Shown here: one piece after another, positions 27,704 to 39,067 of the stretch
Layout: each line of letters opens with the position of its first letter
How positions within the stretch are numbered: position 1 is the stretch's first letter
Origin: an uncultured Acidobacteriota bacterium
GTDB taxonomy: Bacteria > Acidobacteriota > Thermoanaerobaculia > Multivoradales > UBA5704
NCBI GenBank assembly: GCA_963770895.1
Contig: CAVYRF010000002.1
Coordinates: 4,832,001 to 4,896,000 of the forward strand
DNA: 64,000 bases
Direction of reading: 5' to 3'
The notes under the pieces: model-generated
The model's database searches: none
Told to the model about the DNA's origin: nothing
Seen by the model: only the letters and a program-made list of their open reading frames with translations
Made by a program: the position numbers and the translations under genes

Positions 27704-29635
27704 GTGGGCGTGGGCGAACCGGTGAGCAGCGCGACGGCGACGGCGGCGGCGGCAACAGCTGCGGCAGCGCCGGGCGGGCCGGGGCTGTCGCCTGGCCCGG
27801 CACTCCCGGCAGGTCGCGACGCGGCGGCGCGGTGGCCGCGGATCGACTTTGTGTCGCCGCTGCCGCCGGTGCGTTCGGGCATCTCCGACTACAGCGTCGA
27901 CCTGCTGCCGGGCCTGGCGGCGCTGGCCGACGTGCGGGTCATCCACCTGCCGGACCAGCCGGTGGCGCCGGAGGTCGCGGCGGCGTGGCCCAGCGCCGGC
28001 ATCGCCGCGGTGGGTATGGCGGAGGGTGGCGCCAGGCTGCCGCTCTACCAGATGGGCAACAACCGCTACCACGAGGCGGTCTACCAGCTGGCGCTGGCGC
28101 ACCCCGGCGTGTTGACGCTGCACGACGTGGTGCTGCACCACCTGCTGCTGGACGTGACGCTGGGGCGCGGCGACTTTTACGGTTACAAGGAGCGGCTGGG
28201 GCGCGACCACGGCTGGGTGGGCGAAGCCGCGGCGGTGGCCAAGCGCTGGGGCGCCTACGGCGACGCGCCGATCTTTGCGCTGCCGGCCCACCGCACGGTG
28301 CTGCGCCGCCAGCGCGGCGTGCTGGTGCACAGCTCCTGGGCCGCCGCCCTGGTGCGCGAAGAAGACCCGGACCTGCGGGTGCGGGCGGTGCCGATGGGGG
28401 TGCCGCTGCCGCCCGCCGCCGACCCGGCGGCGGGGCGCGCGCTGCGCCAGCGCCTGGGCCTGCCGGCGGGCGTGCCGGTGCTGGGCTCCTTCGGCTTCCA
28501 GACGCCGATCAAGCGCACCGTGCAGGCGATCGCGGCGCTGGCGGCGCCGGGGCTCGAGCGCGTGCACCTGCTGGTGGTGGGCGAAGAGGCGCCGGGCACC
28601 GGCCTGTGGGAAACCGCCCGCCGCGCCGGCGTCGCCGACCGCGTGCGCATCCTGGGTTACCTGCCGTTCGCGGAGTTTGCGGCGGCGATCGCCGCCACCG
28701 ACCTGTGCCTCAACCTGCGCTATCCGACCGCCGGCGAAACCTCGGCTTCGCTGCTGCGCGTGATGGCTGCCGGCCGCCCGGCCATCGTCTCCGACTACGC
28801 CCAATTCGCCGAGCTGCCCGACGCCATCGCCATCAAGGTGCCGCTCACCGCCGCCGCGGACGACGCCGCGGGGCTGGCGGCGCTGCTGGCCGCCCGCCTG
28901 GGCGGCCTGGGCGGCGGCGAAGGCGCCGGCGGCACGGCTGCCGCCGACGCCCGCGAGCGCCTGCGCGCCATGGGCGAGGCGGCGCGCGAGCACGTGCGCC
29001 GCCACCACGACCCGCGCCTGGCCGCCGCCGCCGTCGCCGCCGCCTGCCGCGACTGGGAGCACGCGCCGCCGGTCGAAGCGCCGGACTCCGCTGCCGCCAC
29101 CGCGACCGCGGCCGCCTCCGCCGACAGGGCGGTGGTGGAGAGTTGGTGGCGCGACAGCGCGCCGTCGTCATCGTCATCGTCATCGTCGCCGGCGCCGCCG
29201 CTCGAGCGCCCTTCCAGCGTGGCCTGGGGGCGGCTGCCGGGCGACATCGAAGTGTCGGGCGCCGAGCTGCCGTGGCCGGAGGGGGAGCGGCGGCGGCTGG
29301 CGGTCGTGGTGCGCAACCGCGGCTTCGCGCGGTGGCTGGCGGGCGGCCGCGGTCCCGGCGGCGTGGCGCTGGTGGTCAAGCTGATCGCGGCCGGCCGCGA
29401 CCTGCTGGCCGACCGTGCCTGGCTGCCGCTGCCGCGCGACCTGGAACCGGGGCAGGAGGCGCGCTTCGAGCTGGACGTGCGGCGGCCGCCGGGACCCGCC
29501 GCGCCGCCGTGGCCGGCGGGCGTGACGCGGCGGCCGATCTCGCCCGAGCACATCCGCTTATGGATCGAGCCCCACCTGTTTGGCGGCGTCGGCCTGTCGC
29601 AGCTGGGAGGCCCACGATGGGAACGGGACCTGTAG
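27704..29635 (+). CDS. Glycosyltransferase family 4 (GT-B) with C-terminal beta-rich extension (start uncertain)
   Basis: SPLPPVRSGISDYS, YQMGNN..H, LHDVVLHH, NLRYPTAGETSASLLR.MAAG.P.IVSD. Confidence 0.85.
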   Translation: MGVGEPVSSATATAAAATAAAAPGGPGLSPGPALPAGRDAAARWPRIDFVSPLPPVRSGISDYSVDLLPGLAALADVRVIHLPDQPVAPEVAAAWPSAGIAAVGMAEGGARLPLYQMGNNRYHEAVYQLALAHPGVLTLHDVVLHHLLLDVTLGRGDFYGYKERLGRDHGWVGEAAAVAKRWGAYGDAPIFALPAHRTVLRRQRGVLVHSSWAAALVREEDPDLRVRAVPMGVPLPPAADPAAGRALRQRLGLPAGVPVLGSFGFQTPIKRTVQAIAALAAPGLERVHLLVVGEEAPGTGLWETARRAGVADRVRILGYLPFAEFAAAIAATDLCLNLRYPTAGETSASLLRVMAAGRPAIVSDYAQFAELPDAIAIKVPLTAAADDAAGLAALLAARLGGLGGGEGAGGTAAADARERLRAMGEAAREHVRRHHDPRLAAAAVAAACRDWEHAPPVEAPDSAAATATAAASADRAVVESWWRDSAPSSSSSSSSPAPPLERPSSVAWGRLPGDIEVSGAELPWPEGERRRLAVVVRNRGFARWLAGGRGPGGVALVVKLIAAGRDLLADRAWLPLPRDLEPGQEARFELDVRRPPGPAAPPWPAGVTRRPISPEHIRLWIEPHLFGGVGLSQLGGPRWERDL

Positions 29636-31620
29636 CCGGGGCGCCGCGCCTGGCCGCCGCCGCCGGCCCCGGCCGCGGACGGCAGAGCGGGGCGGTGTCG
29701 GCGTCGGCGGGGATCGTGCGGCGCGAAACGCTGGCCGCCGAACCTGTGGTGACGGTGGCCGAGCCGCCGACGGGAATCGGCGAGTGGCTGAGCTGGGCGG
29801 TCCTGGCGTCGCTGCTGTTCGCGGTGCTGGTCGCGGCGGCGCTGTTCGATCGCACCGGCCGCCCGTCGCTGATCGGCGACGAGGCGACCTATGCGATGCA
29901 GGCAGCCAGCCTGGCGTGGGATTTCGACCTGAAGTACACCCGCGCCGACTACGATCGTTTTGTCGCGCAGTGGGGAGGGCCGCCCGACGGGGTGATCCTG
30001 CAGAGCAACGACGGCGGCGCGCACATCACCTACGGCAAGCCGTTCCTGTACGCCCTGGTGGTGGCGCCCTTCGTGCGGGTCGCGCCGGTGCGCGGCCCGG
30101 TGGTGGCCAACGCGCTGATGCTGGCGGCGGCCGCCCTGCTGGTGGCGCACGCCCTGCGGCAGGTGGCGGGGGCGCTGGCGCCGCTCGCGGTGGCGGTGCT
30201 GATCTTCGCCTCGGTTTCGTTTGCCTACGTGTTCTGGGTCCACGCCGACCTGTTCCTGTTCGCCGCCACCGCCGCCGGCTTCGCCCTGGCCTATGGGCGG
30301 CCGCCGGCGGTCGCGGTCTACGGCGCGGAGGGGCGCCGCTGGATGGTGCGCTGGTTCCTGGCCGGCCTGCTGCTGGCGGTGCCGGGTGCGTACCGCCCGT
30401 TCTACCTGGCGCTGCTGCTGCCGGCGGCGCTGGCGGTGCCGGCGGGAAGGCGGCTGCGCGGTCTGGGCGCGCTCGCCGCCGGCGCCCTGGCGCTGCTGCT
30501 GGTGACCGCCGTGGTGCAGCGCGCCTCCGGCGGCGGGTGGAGCGGCTACAGCGGCGAGCGGCTGGGCTTCTATCCGCGCACCGGCTACCCGGAGGTCGAT
30601 TTCCCAGCCTCCGAATGGGAGACCCGGCTGCGCCGGTGGGGCAACAACTCGTGGGTGCAGGAGGGGGCGTTCGACCCCAGCCGCAGCCCGCGGCTGTGGG
30701 CCTGGAACGGGCTCTACTTCCTGCTCGGCCGCGACATCGGCGTGCTGCCGTACTTCCTGCCGCTGCTGCTGGGTATCTTTGCCTTTCGCGGCGAGCGCGG
30801 GCGATGGCTGCTGCCGCTGGCGGTGGTGGTCGCCGCCGCCGGTTTTCTGCTGGTGCGGCCGTTCAACTTCTACGGCGGCGGCGGCGCCATCGGCAACCGG
30901 TATTTTCTGCCGCTCTATCCGGCGCTCTGGTTCCTGATCGCGCGGCCGCTGCGCGCCATCCACCTGGCGCTGGTGACGGCGCTGGCGGCGCCGTTCCTGC
31001 TGCCGCTGTGGCGCCAGCCGACGGCGTTCCCGATCGGCGAAGACGGGCGCTACAACCACGTGTCGTCGCTGGCGCAGCGCCTGCTGCCCTATGAAACGAC
31101 CCAGGCCACCATTCCAGGCGGCCAGGACGCCGTCCGCCACGGCCTGTGGGTGAAGCTGCTGGACCACGACGTCTGGTGGTCGTCCGCCGGCTCCGGGCTG
31201 CGGCCGCCGGTGCGCCCCGGCGGCCCCGACCAGCCGTCGCCGCCGGAGTCGACGACGCTGCGCATGGTCGGCAGCGCCGAAGCCCACCTGCTGGTCGGCA
31301 CCCCCAAGCCGTTGAAGTTCCTGGCGGTCGAGCTGGACCGCCACGCGCCGGCGCGCATCGACGTCGACGGCCGCGAGCTGCGCCCGAGCGTCCTGCGCCC
31401 CGACGGCTGGGAGGTCTTCGAGGTGCCGATGCTGCGGCCGCGCGCGGTCCACCCGATGTGGTGGACGCACGACGACTACTACCTGTATCGGATCAACGTG
31501 CGCCTGGTGGGCGGCAAGCCCGTGCCGGTCGGCCTCGATCTCAGCCTGGGCGAGGACCCCGAGCACTTCGACGAAGACCTGGATCCCGACCCCGGCACGC
31601 GGGACCTCACCCCCTCATGA
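29617..31620 (+). CDS. Polytopic membrane protein, probable GT-C-fold glycosyltransferase
   Basis: GGAGG then ATG 29617; first TM followed by acidic GDEATY loop; many TM segments; GGGAIGNRYFLP motif; soluble C-terminal domain. Confidence 0.6.
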   Translation: MGTGPVAGAPRLAAAAGPGRGRQSGAVSASAGIVRRETLAAEPVVTVAEPPTGIGEWLSWAVLASLLFAVLVAAALFDRTGRPSLIGDEATYAMQAASLAWDFDLKYTRADYDRFVAQWGGPPDGVILQSNDGGAHITYGKPFLYALVVAPFVRVAPVRGPVVANALMLAAAALLVAHALRQVAGALAPLAVAVLIFASVSFAYVFWVHADLFLFAATAAGFALAYGRPPAVAVYGAEGRRWMVRWFLAGLLLAVPGAYRPFYLALLLPAALAVPAGRRLRGLGALAAGALALLLVTAVVQRASGGGWSGYSGERLGFYPRTGYPEVDFPASEWETRLRRWGNNSWVQEGAFDPSRSPRLWAWNGLYFLLGRDIGVLPYFLPLLLGIFAFRGERGRWLLPLAVVVAAAGFLLVRPFNFYGGGGAIGNRYFLPLYPALWFLIARPLRAIHLALVTALAAPFLLPLWRQPTAFPIGEDGRYNHVSSLAQRLLPYETTQATIPGGQDAVRHGLWVKLLDHDVWWSSAGSGLRPPVRPGGPDQPSPPESTTLRMVGSAEAHLLVGTPKPLKFLAVELDRHAPARIDVDGRELRPSVLRPDGWEVFEVPMLRPRAVHPMWWTHDDYYLYRINVRLVGGKPVPVGLDLSLGEDPEHFDEDLDPDPGTRDLTPS

Positions 31621-32222
31621 CCCTGCCGGGCGAGCCGCAGCAGCCCAACAGCTGGATTCTGGAGGTGCGCGGCCGGCTCGCCACGCCGCCGCCGCGCCGC
31701 CTGGCGGCCAACGACCTGCGCCCGGCGTCGGTCCTGGTGCCGCTCTTCGTCGACGGCCAGGAGCTGTGGACGGTGCTCACCCGCCGCACCGCGACGCTGA
31801 CCGCCCACCCCAACCAGATCGCCTTCCCCGGCGGCAGCCGCGAGCCGGGCGAGGACCCCTGGATGGCAGCGCTGCGCGAGGCGCGCGAAGAGGTCGCGAT
31901 CGATCCGGCGCACGTCCTGCGCCTGGGGGAGCTGGACGAGCAGGACGTGCCCAGCGGGTTTCGCATCGTCCCCTGCGTCGGCGCCATCCCGCGCGCCTAC
32001 GAGATGCACCCCAGCGAGGCGGAAACCGCCGAGATCTTCCGCCTGCCGCTGTCCGCGTTCACCAACCCCAGGTTGGCCGAGGACCGCGAGGTGGTCTACG
32101 ACGGCGTGCGCCGCAGCGTCCGCATCTACCACGTCGGCAACCGCCAGATCTGGGGCGTGACGGCGCGCATCCTGCACGTGCTGCTGGCGCGGCTCGGCAT
32201 GGAAAGCGCGCCCGAAGACTGA
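31617..32222 (+). CDS. Nudix hydrolase, CoA pyrophosphatase (NudL/PCD1-like)
   Basis: ASVLVPL, LTRR...L..HPNQIAFPGG, ALREAREEV, IWGVTARIL; ATGA overlap. Confidence 0.9.
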   Translation: MTLPGEPQQPNSWILEVRGRLATPPPRRLAANDLRPASVLVPLFVDGQELWTVLTRRTATLTAHPNQIAFPGGSREPGEDPWMAALREAREEVAIDPAHVLRLGELDEQDVPSGFRIVPCVGAIPRAYEMHPSEAETAEIFRLPLSAFTNPRLAEDREVVYDGVRRSVRIYHVGNRQIWGVTARILHVLLARLGMESAPED

Positions 32223-32294
32223 GGGAGCCCCGCCCCCGCCGACCACGCGCCGCGCTACCCGCGCCGCCAGCCGCCGCGAGCATCCCTGCCAGCC

Positions 32295-33839
<1,545 letters not shown>

Positions 33840-34133
33840 AAATTCTCATACCCCCCTGGTCATCCAAACCAAACTGAGCCGCGTACACAGGATAGATCGG
33901 GATGTACCCGATCAGGACGGCCCGGGGGATCAGCCCCGTAACACCTACGCCCCGGGCCGCCCCCGTCTTCCCAGACTCGCCTCCCCGCATCGTTTTCTTC
34001 CATCTCTTGTGTTGGCACCCCGCCGGGGCGAGCGGCCCGGCGGAGCTCAACCCTTCTCCTGCTCCATCGCACCTTGGCGGCAGCCGTGCCTGCCCGCCGG
34101 ATCCATCTCCGGCGCACTTGCAGCCGTGGCCGA

Positions 34134-35168
34134 TCAATGCCGGGAGCGGTGGCGGTGGGTCGGTGCGGCGGCTTTGGCACCGCGACCTGGGTCGGTCGCG
34201 GGTGGGAGAGGTGCTTCGCCCAGCGGGATTTCCGCCGCGGCGCTCTCGGGTATCTGACTGGCCTGGGTGAGGCCGGCGTGGCGGGCCGGCTCGGTAGTAG
34301 GGGCAAGGGCGAAGAGGAACGGCACGTCGCCTTGGGCCAGCGGGACGGTGCCCGCGATGGAGCGGCCGGCGTGCACCTTGCCCAGCCTGGCGCCGGCGAT
34401 GGCCAGCGAGCCCGCGAACCGGGTCAGGAAACTGTCCAGGGTCAGCACCGGGAGCAGGACCAGCGCGACGTTGTCGCCGGTGTCGGTGGTGCCGGAGGGC
34501 GACCGATCGGCGTCGGCCGGCAGCAGGTAGAGGCCGCGGAAGGCGGCGCGGCCGTTGCGGATGGGGGCCGCCAGGATGCCGGCTGCCGCGGTCCATTGAT
34601 CGAGCGAGGCCTGCAGCTGCGGGATGCCGCCCGGGATGGCGGTCTGCAGCTGGCCGTTGGCCTGGTTCCTGCCGCAGTCGCCGCCGGCGATGCCGGTGCC
34701 GCCGCCGAACTCATAGCTCCAGCCGTCGACGAAGGCCTGCAGCGCGCCGTTGCCGTCCAGCGAGAAATCGATGTAGTAGGTGATCGAGCCGTCGATGTCG
34801 ACGCAGAAGTCCGGCGTGCCGCTGTGAAAGGTGAACTCCAGCGTGGCCAGCAGGTGGAGGGGATCGTGGCGATTCGGATCCTTGCTGTAGTACTCCGCGT
34901 CGCGATAGGCCACCCAGCCGGCATGGATGTCGCTGGTGCGGTTCGCCTGGCTTCCCAGCTGCGCGTCGACCGTGGCCTGGGCTTGCGCGGAATCGAAGAC
35001 TTCGGACAGGGCAAAGGGGATCTCGTCGTCGGGGCGCTGGGCGATCAGCAGCCGGGTGGCGCCGATGGTGGTCAATTGGTACTCGAAGTCGCCGCTCGCG
35101 GGCTGGTTGGTGTACGAGGTGGCACCCTGGAAGTCACCGGCAAACGAATAGAGCGAGAGCAAAGGCAT
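34134..35168 (-). CDS. Hypothetical protein (344 aa)
   Basis: GGAGG RBS before ATG 35168; globular-looking composition rich in Y/F/D; no family confidently recognised. Confidence 0.7.
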   Translation of the reverse strand: MPLLSLYSFAGDFQGATSYTNQPASGDFEYQLTTIGATRLLIAQRPDDEIPFALSEVFDSAQAQATVDAQLGSQANRTSDIHAGWVAYRDAEYYSKDPNRHDPLHLLATLEFTFHSGTPDFCVDIDGSITYYIDFSLDGNGALQAFVDGWSYEFGGGTGIAGGDCGRNQANGQLQTAIPGGIPQLQASLDQWTAAAGILAAPIRNGRAAFRGLYLLPADADRSPSGTTDTGDNVALVLLPVLTLDSFLTRFAGSLAIAGARLGKVHAGRSIAGTVPLAQGDVPFLFALAPTTEPARHAGLTQASQIPESAAAEIPLGEAPLPPATDPGRGAKAAAPTHRHRSRH

Positions 35169-35514
35169 GAGGCGTCCTCCTGTCGGTCCTGCATTGCGGG
35201 CGCGGTATGTCCCCAAGGAATCCGCCGCGAACCGGCGAATCCGCGCTGTCTTGATGCAGGCGCCTCCCGACACCATTTCGTTACATTTCGATGAGCGCAT
35301 GTGCTGCCCCGGCGCCTCGCGGGGCCGCCGGAGCGGCAACGGGACCGCGCACCCTGGCGCAGCTTCGCCAGGGCCGGGCGAGCGGCTGGGCGGAGGCGGT
35401 TTGCCCCGGCGCGCGGCTGGCTTAGAATGCTGGCCGGGAGGCGCTTGGCAGGCGGGCGGGCGCCCGGTATTGCTGGACGCCACGGCTCGAAACAGCTTTC
35501 AGGGGGAGACCGCG

Positions 35515-36600
35515 ATGACCATCAGCGAACACGCCGCAGGCAGCTCAATTGACCGCATCACCGGCTGGCTCGGCGACGAGGCGGAGTCTCTCCTGGGGTT
35601 CACCTGCAAGGGGATCCCGCGCGAGCGGCTGATGGTGCCGGGGCCGGACCACGTGGACCAGGCGTTCGGCGCCTCGGACCGCAAGCCGGCGGTGCTGGTC
35701 AACCTGCAGCGGATGTACGGCCACGGGCGGCTGGCCAACACCGGGTACCTGTCGATCCTGCCGGTGGACCAGGGCGTCGAGCATTCGGCGGCGGCGTCGT
35801 TCGCGCCCAATCCCGATTACTTCGACCCCGAAAACATCATCCGGCTGGCGATCGAAAGCGGCTGCAACGCCGTGGCCTCGACGATGGGGGTGCTGGGGTC
35901 GGTGGCGCGGCGCTATGCGCACAAGATCCCGTTCATCGCCAAGATCAACCACAACGAGCTGCTGTCGTATCCCAACAGCTTCGAGCAGATCCTGTTCGGC
36001 CAGGTGGAGCAGGCCTGGGAGATGGGCGCCGCGGCGGTCGGCGCGACGGTCTATTTCGGCAGCCCGGATTCGCACCGCGAAATCGTCGAGATCGCCGAAG
36101 CGTTCTACCACGCCCACCAGCTGGGCCTGGCGACGGTGCTCTGGGCCTACCTGCGCAACGACGCCTTCAAGAAGGACGGGGTGGATTACCACCAGTCCGC
36201 CGACCTGACCGGCCAAGCCAACCACCTGGCCGCCACCATGCAGGCCGACATCGTCAAGCAGAAGCAGGCCGACCGCAACGGCGGCTATCCGGCGCTCAAG
36301 TTCGGCAAGACCGACAAGCGGGTGTACGGCGAGCTGGTGACCGACCACCCCATCGACTGGGTGCGCTGGCAGGTGGTCAACTGCTACATGGGGCGCGCCA
36401 GCATGATCAACTCCGGCGGCGACTCGAAGGGGCAGAACGACCTGGAGCAGGCGGTGCGCACGGCGGTGATCAACAAGCGCGCCGGCGGCGCCGGGCTGAT
36501 CTCGGGCCGCAAGACGTTCCAGCGCCCGCTGCGCGAGGGCGTGGAGCTGTTCCACGCCATCCAGGACGTCTTCCTCTGCCCGGAGGTGACGGTCGCCTGA
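35515..36600 (+). CDS. fbaB: Class I fructose-bisphosphate aldolase (DhnA/FbaB)
   Basis: [64 protein letters not shown]. Confidence 0.95.
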   Translation: MTISEHAAGSSIDRITGWLGDEAESLLGFTCKGIPRERLMVPGPDHVDQAFGASDRKPAVLVNLQRMYGHGRLANTGYLSILPVDQGVEHSAAASFAPNPDYFDPENIIRLAIESGCNAVASTMGVLGSVARRYAHKIPFIAKINHNELLSYPNSFEQILFGQVEQAWEMGAAAVGATVYFGSPDSHREIVEIAEAFYHAHQLGLATVLWAYLRNDAFKKDGVDYHQSADLTGQANHLAATMQADIVKQKQADRNGGYPALKFGKTDKRVYGELVTDHPIDWVRWQVVNCYMGRASMINSGGDSKGQNDLEQAVRTAVINKRAGGAGLISGRKTFQRPLREGVELFHAIQDVFLCPEVTVA

Positions 36601-36637
36601 TCCGGCTTGAGCCCGCCTGCGCCGGCCCGCCACCCGC

Positions 36638-39067
36638 TCACTGCACGCGCAAGGTGGACGCGGGATCGACGTTGGTCGCGCGGCGCGCCGGCACCAGGCA
36701 GGCCAGCAGCGCGGTGACGGCCAGGACGATTGCGGTGACGGCAAACTGCAACCAGCTGGCGGCATCGGTTTCGAACAGCTGGCTGGCCAGCAGGCGGCCG
36801 GCAAACCACGAGCCGACGGCGCCGGCGGCCAGGCCGGGGGCGATCCACCGGATGACCGGGCGCAGCGCGCCGGCCAGCACCTGCGCCCGGCTGGCTCCCA
36901 GGGCGACGCGGACGCCGATCTCGCGGCTGCGTTGCGCCACCGAGTGCGCCACGACGCCGTAGATGCCGAGCAGGCAGAGCACCAGGGCCAGGGCTGAAAA
37001 CGCCGAAAACAGCGCGGTGGTCAGCCGCCGGCGCGCCGTGGCGGTGCGCAGCAGCGACTCCATGGTCTGCAGATCGGGAAGCGGCTGGCTGGGGTCCAGG
37101 GCGTTGACCTCGCGCCGCAGGGCGCCGGCGATGCTGGCCGCCGGCAGCCGGGTGCGCAGCGCCAGGGCCATCGAATCGGGAGGCGACATCACGTCCGGCA
37201 GCTGGCGATGAGCAAGCAGCAGCGTCGGCCGCTCGCCTTGCTCGAGCGTCGCCTGCTGGATGTCGTCGAACACGCCGACGATCGCGACCGGCGCCGGGCT
37301 GATGCGCAGGATCAGATGCTGGCCCAGCGGGTTTTCGCCCGCGAAGTACTGGTCGCGGAAGGAGCGGCTGACGATCGCCGTGAGCGGCGCGCCGGGAGCG
37401 CTGCGCGGGTCGAAGTCGCGGCCGGCCAGCAGGCGTGCCTTGATCGTCTGCAGGTAGCCGGCGCCGGCGACGACGCGCAGCACCAGCGGCCGGTTTTCCG
37501 GCGGCAGCGGCGGCCTGCCGGCGATGGCGAAGGTGCCCAGGGCACCCTCCTCCAGCGGCGGCACCTCCACCATCGCAGCCGCCTCGATGCCGGGCAGCGT
37601 GCGCACGCGATCGACCAGGCCCTCGAAGAAGACGCGCCGCGCGGCGGGCGTCGGGTAGCGCGCCGCGGGCAGCGACACCTGCACGAAGGTCAGGTTGTGC
37701 GGGTCGAACCCGAGCTGCATGCCGTTGACCCGCTGCAAGCTGTGCAGCAGCAGCCCCGCCGCCGACAGCAGCACCAACACCAGGGCGACCTGGAACGACA
37801 CCAGCAGGCCCTGGCTGCGGCTCTCCCGCACGCCGCCGGCGGCGCCGCGCGCCGCTTCGCCCAGGAAGGCGCGCGGATCGGTGCGCAGCGTCTGCCACGC
37901 CGGCGCCAGGCCCGCCAGGATGCCGGCGAGCGCGGTGACCAGCAGGGCGAACGCCAGCACGGGCGGCGACAGGTGCACCTGGTCGATGCGCGGCAGGTCC
38001 GCGGGGTTGGCGGCGACCAGCAGCCGCAGCCCCCAGTCCGCCAGGATCACTCCCACCGCGCCGCCGGCGCCGGCGATCAGCAGGCTGTCGCCCAGCGCCT
38101 GGCCGAACACCTGCCGGCGGCCGGCGCCCAGGGCGATGCGGGTGGCGACCTCGCGCCGGCGCGCCAGGCCGGCGGCCAGCAGCAGGTTGGCCACGTCGGC
38201 ACAGGCGATCAGCAGCACCATCCCCACCGCCGCCAGCAGCACCAGCAGGGTGGTGCGGCTCTCGCCGACCAGGATTTCGTTGAGCCGCACCATGCCGAAG
38301 GGGAAGTTGATGTCGAGGTGCCCCTGGGGGTTGGCCTTGTAGGCGGCGAAGACGCGGTCGCCGTCCGCCTGCGCCGCCGCCGGCGAGACGCCCGGGCGCA
38401 GGCGCGCGGTCACCTCCAGGTAGCCGGAGCCCAGCTCCACCGCCTGGCGGGTGAGGAAGGTGATCTGGTTGGGGCGGGGCAGCCACACCTGCGCCGCGCG
38501 GAAGGGGAAGCGATAGGTGTCGGGCATCACGCCGATCACCGTCGTGGGCACGCCGTCGATCTGGATGCTGCGGCCCAGGACCGCCGGCGAGCCGCCGAAC
38601 CGCTGCCGCCAGAAGCCGTACGACAGCAGCGCCACGTCGGGGCCGCCGTCCCGCTGCTCCGCGGCGTTGAAGGCGCGCCCGGCGAGCGGCGCCAGGCCCC
38701 ATACCTCGAAGAAGCCGGCGCTCACCCGCACCGCCCCGATCTGCTGCGGCCGGTCCCGGTCGGTCAGGCCGGCGGTGGTTTCGAAGTGGGCGGCGACGGC
38801 GGCAAGGGCGCGATTGTTCGCCTGGAGCGCCAGAAACCGCGGCCAGGAGACTTCCCGCAGGTCGTGGCGCGGCGTCACGACGACGCCGACGTGCACCAGG
38901 CGGTCGGCGGCGGGGTAGGGCAGCGGGTGCAGGGCGACCGCATCGAGCAGGCTGAAGATCGCGGTGTTGGCGCCGACGGCAAGGGCCAGCGTGCAAGCGG
39001 CGGTGAGCGCCAGGCCCGGCCGGCGCAGCAGGCGGCGGACGCTGCCTTCGATCGCGGATAGCATCAT
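36638..39067 (-). CDS. ADOP-type duplicated ABC permease
   Basis: LALAVGANTAIFS, PLPYP, LLIACADVANLL, GIYGVVAHSVAQRSREIGVRVALG, PARRATNVDP; start overlaps the patatin stop (ATGA). Confidence 0.9.
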   Translation of the reverse strand: MMLSAIEGSVRRLLRRPGLALTAACTLALAVGANTAIFSLLDAVALHPLPYPAADRLVHVGVVVTPRHDLREVSWPRFLALQANNRALAAVAAHFETTAGLTDRDRPQQIGAVRVSAGFFEVWGLAPLAGRAFNAAEQRDGGPDVALLSYGFWRQRFGGSPAVLGRSIQIDGVPTTVIGVMPDTYRFPFRAAQVWLPRPNQITFLTRQAVELGSGYLEVTARLRPGVSPAAAQADGDRVFAAYKANPQGHLDINFPFGMVRLNEILVGESRTTLLVLLAAVGMVLLIACADVANLLLAAGLARRREVATRIALGAGRRQVFGQALGDSLLIAGAGGAVGVILADWGLRLLVAANPADLPRIDQVHLSPPVLAFALLVTALAGILAGLAPAWQTLRTDPRAFLGEAARGAAGGVRESRSQGLLVSFQVALVLVLLSAAGLLLHSLQRVNGMQLGFDPHNLTFVQVSLPAARYPTPAARRVFFEGLVDRVRTLPGIEAAAMVEVPPLEEGALGTFAIAGRPPLPPENRPLVLRVVAGAGYLQTIKARLLAGRDFDPRSAPGAPLTAIVSRSFRDQYFAGENPLGQHLILRISPAPVAIVGVFDDIQQATLEQGERPTLLLAHRQLPDVMSPPDSMALALRTRLPAASIAGALRREVNALDPSQPLPDLQTMESLLRTATARRRLTTALFSAFSALALVLCLLGIYGVVAHSVAQRSREIGVRVALGASRAQVLAGALRPVIRWIAPGLAAGAVGSWFAGRLLASQLFETDAASWLQFAVTAIVLAVTALLACLVPARRATNVDPASTLRVQ

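Noticed and set aside
27832-29616. N-terminal 595 aa of the 1262-aa ORF
   Set aside because: Off-frame overlap with the GT4 gene; RBS and composition put the real start at 29617
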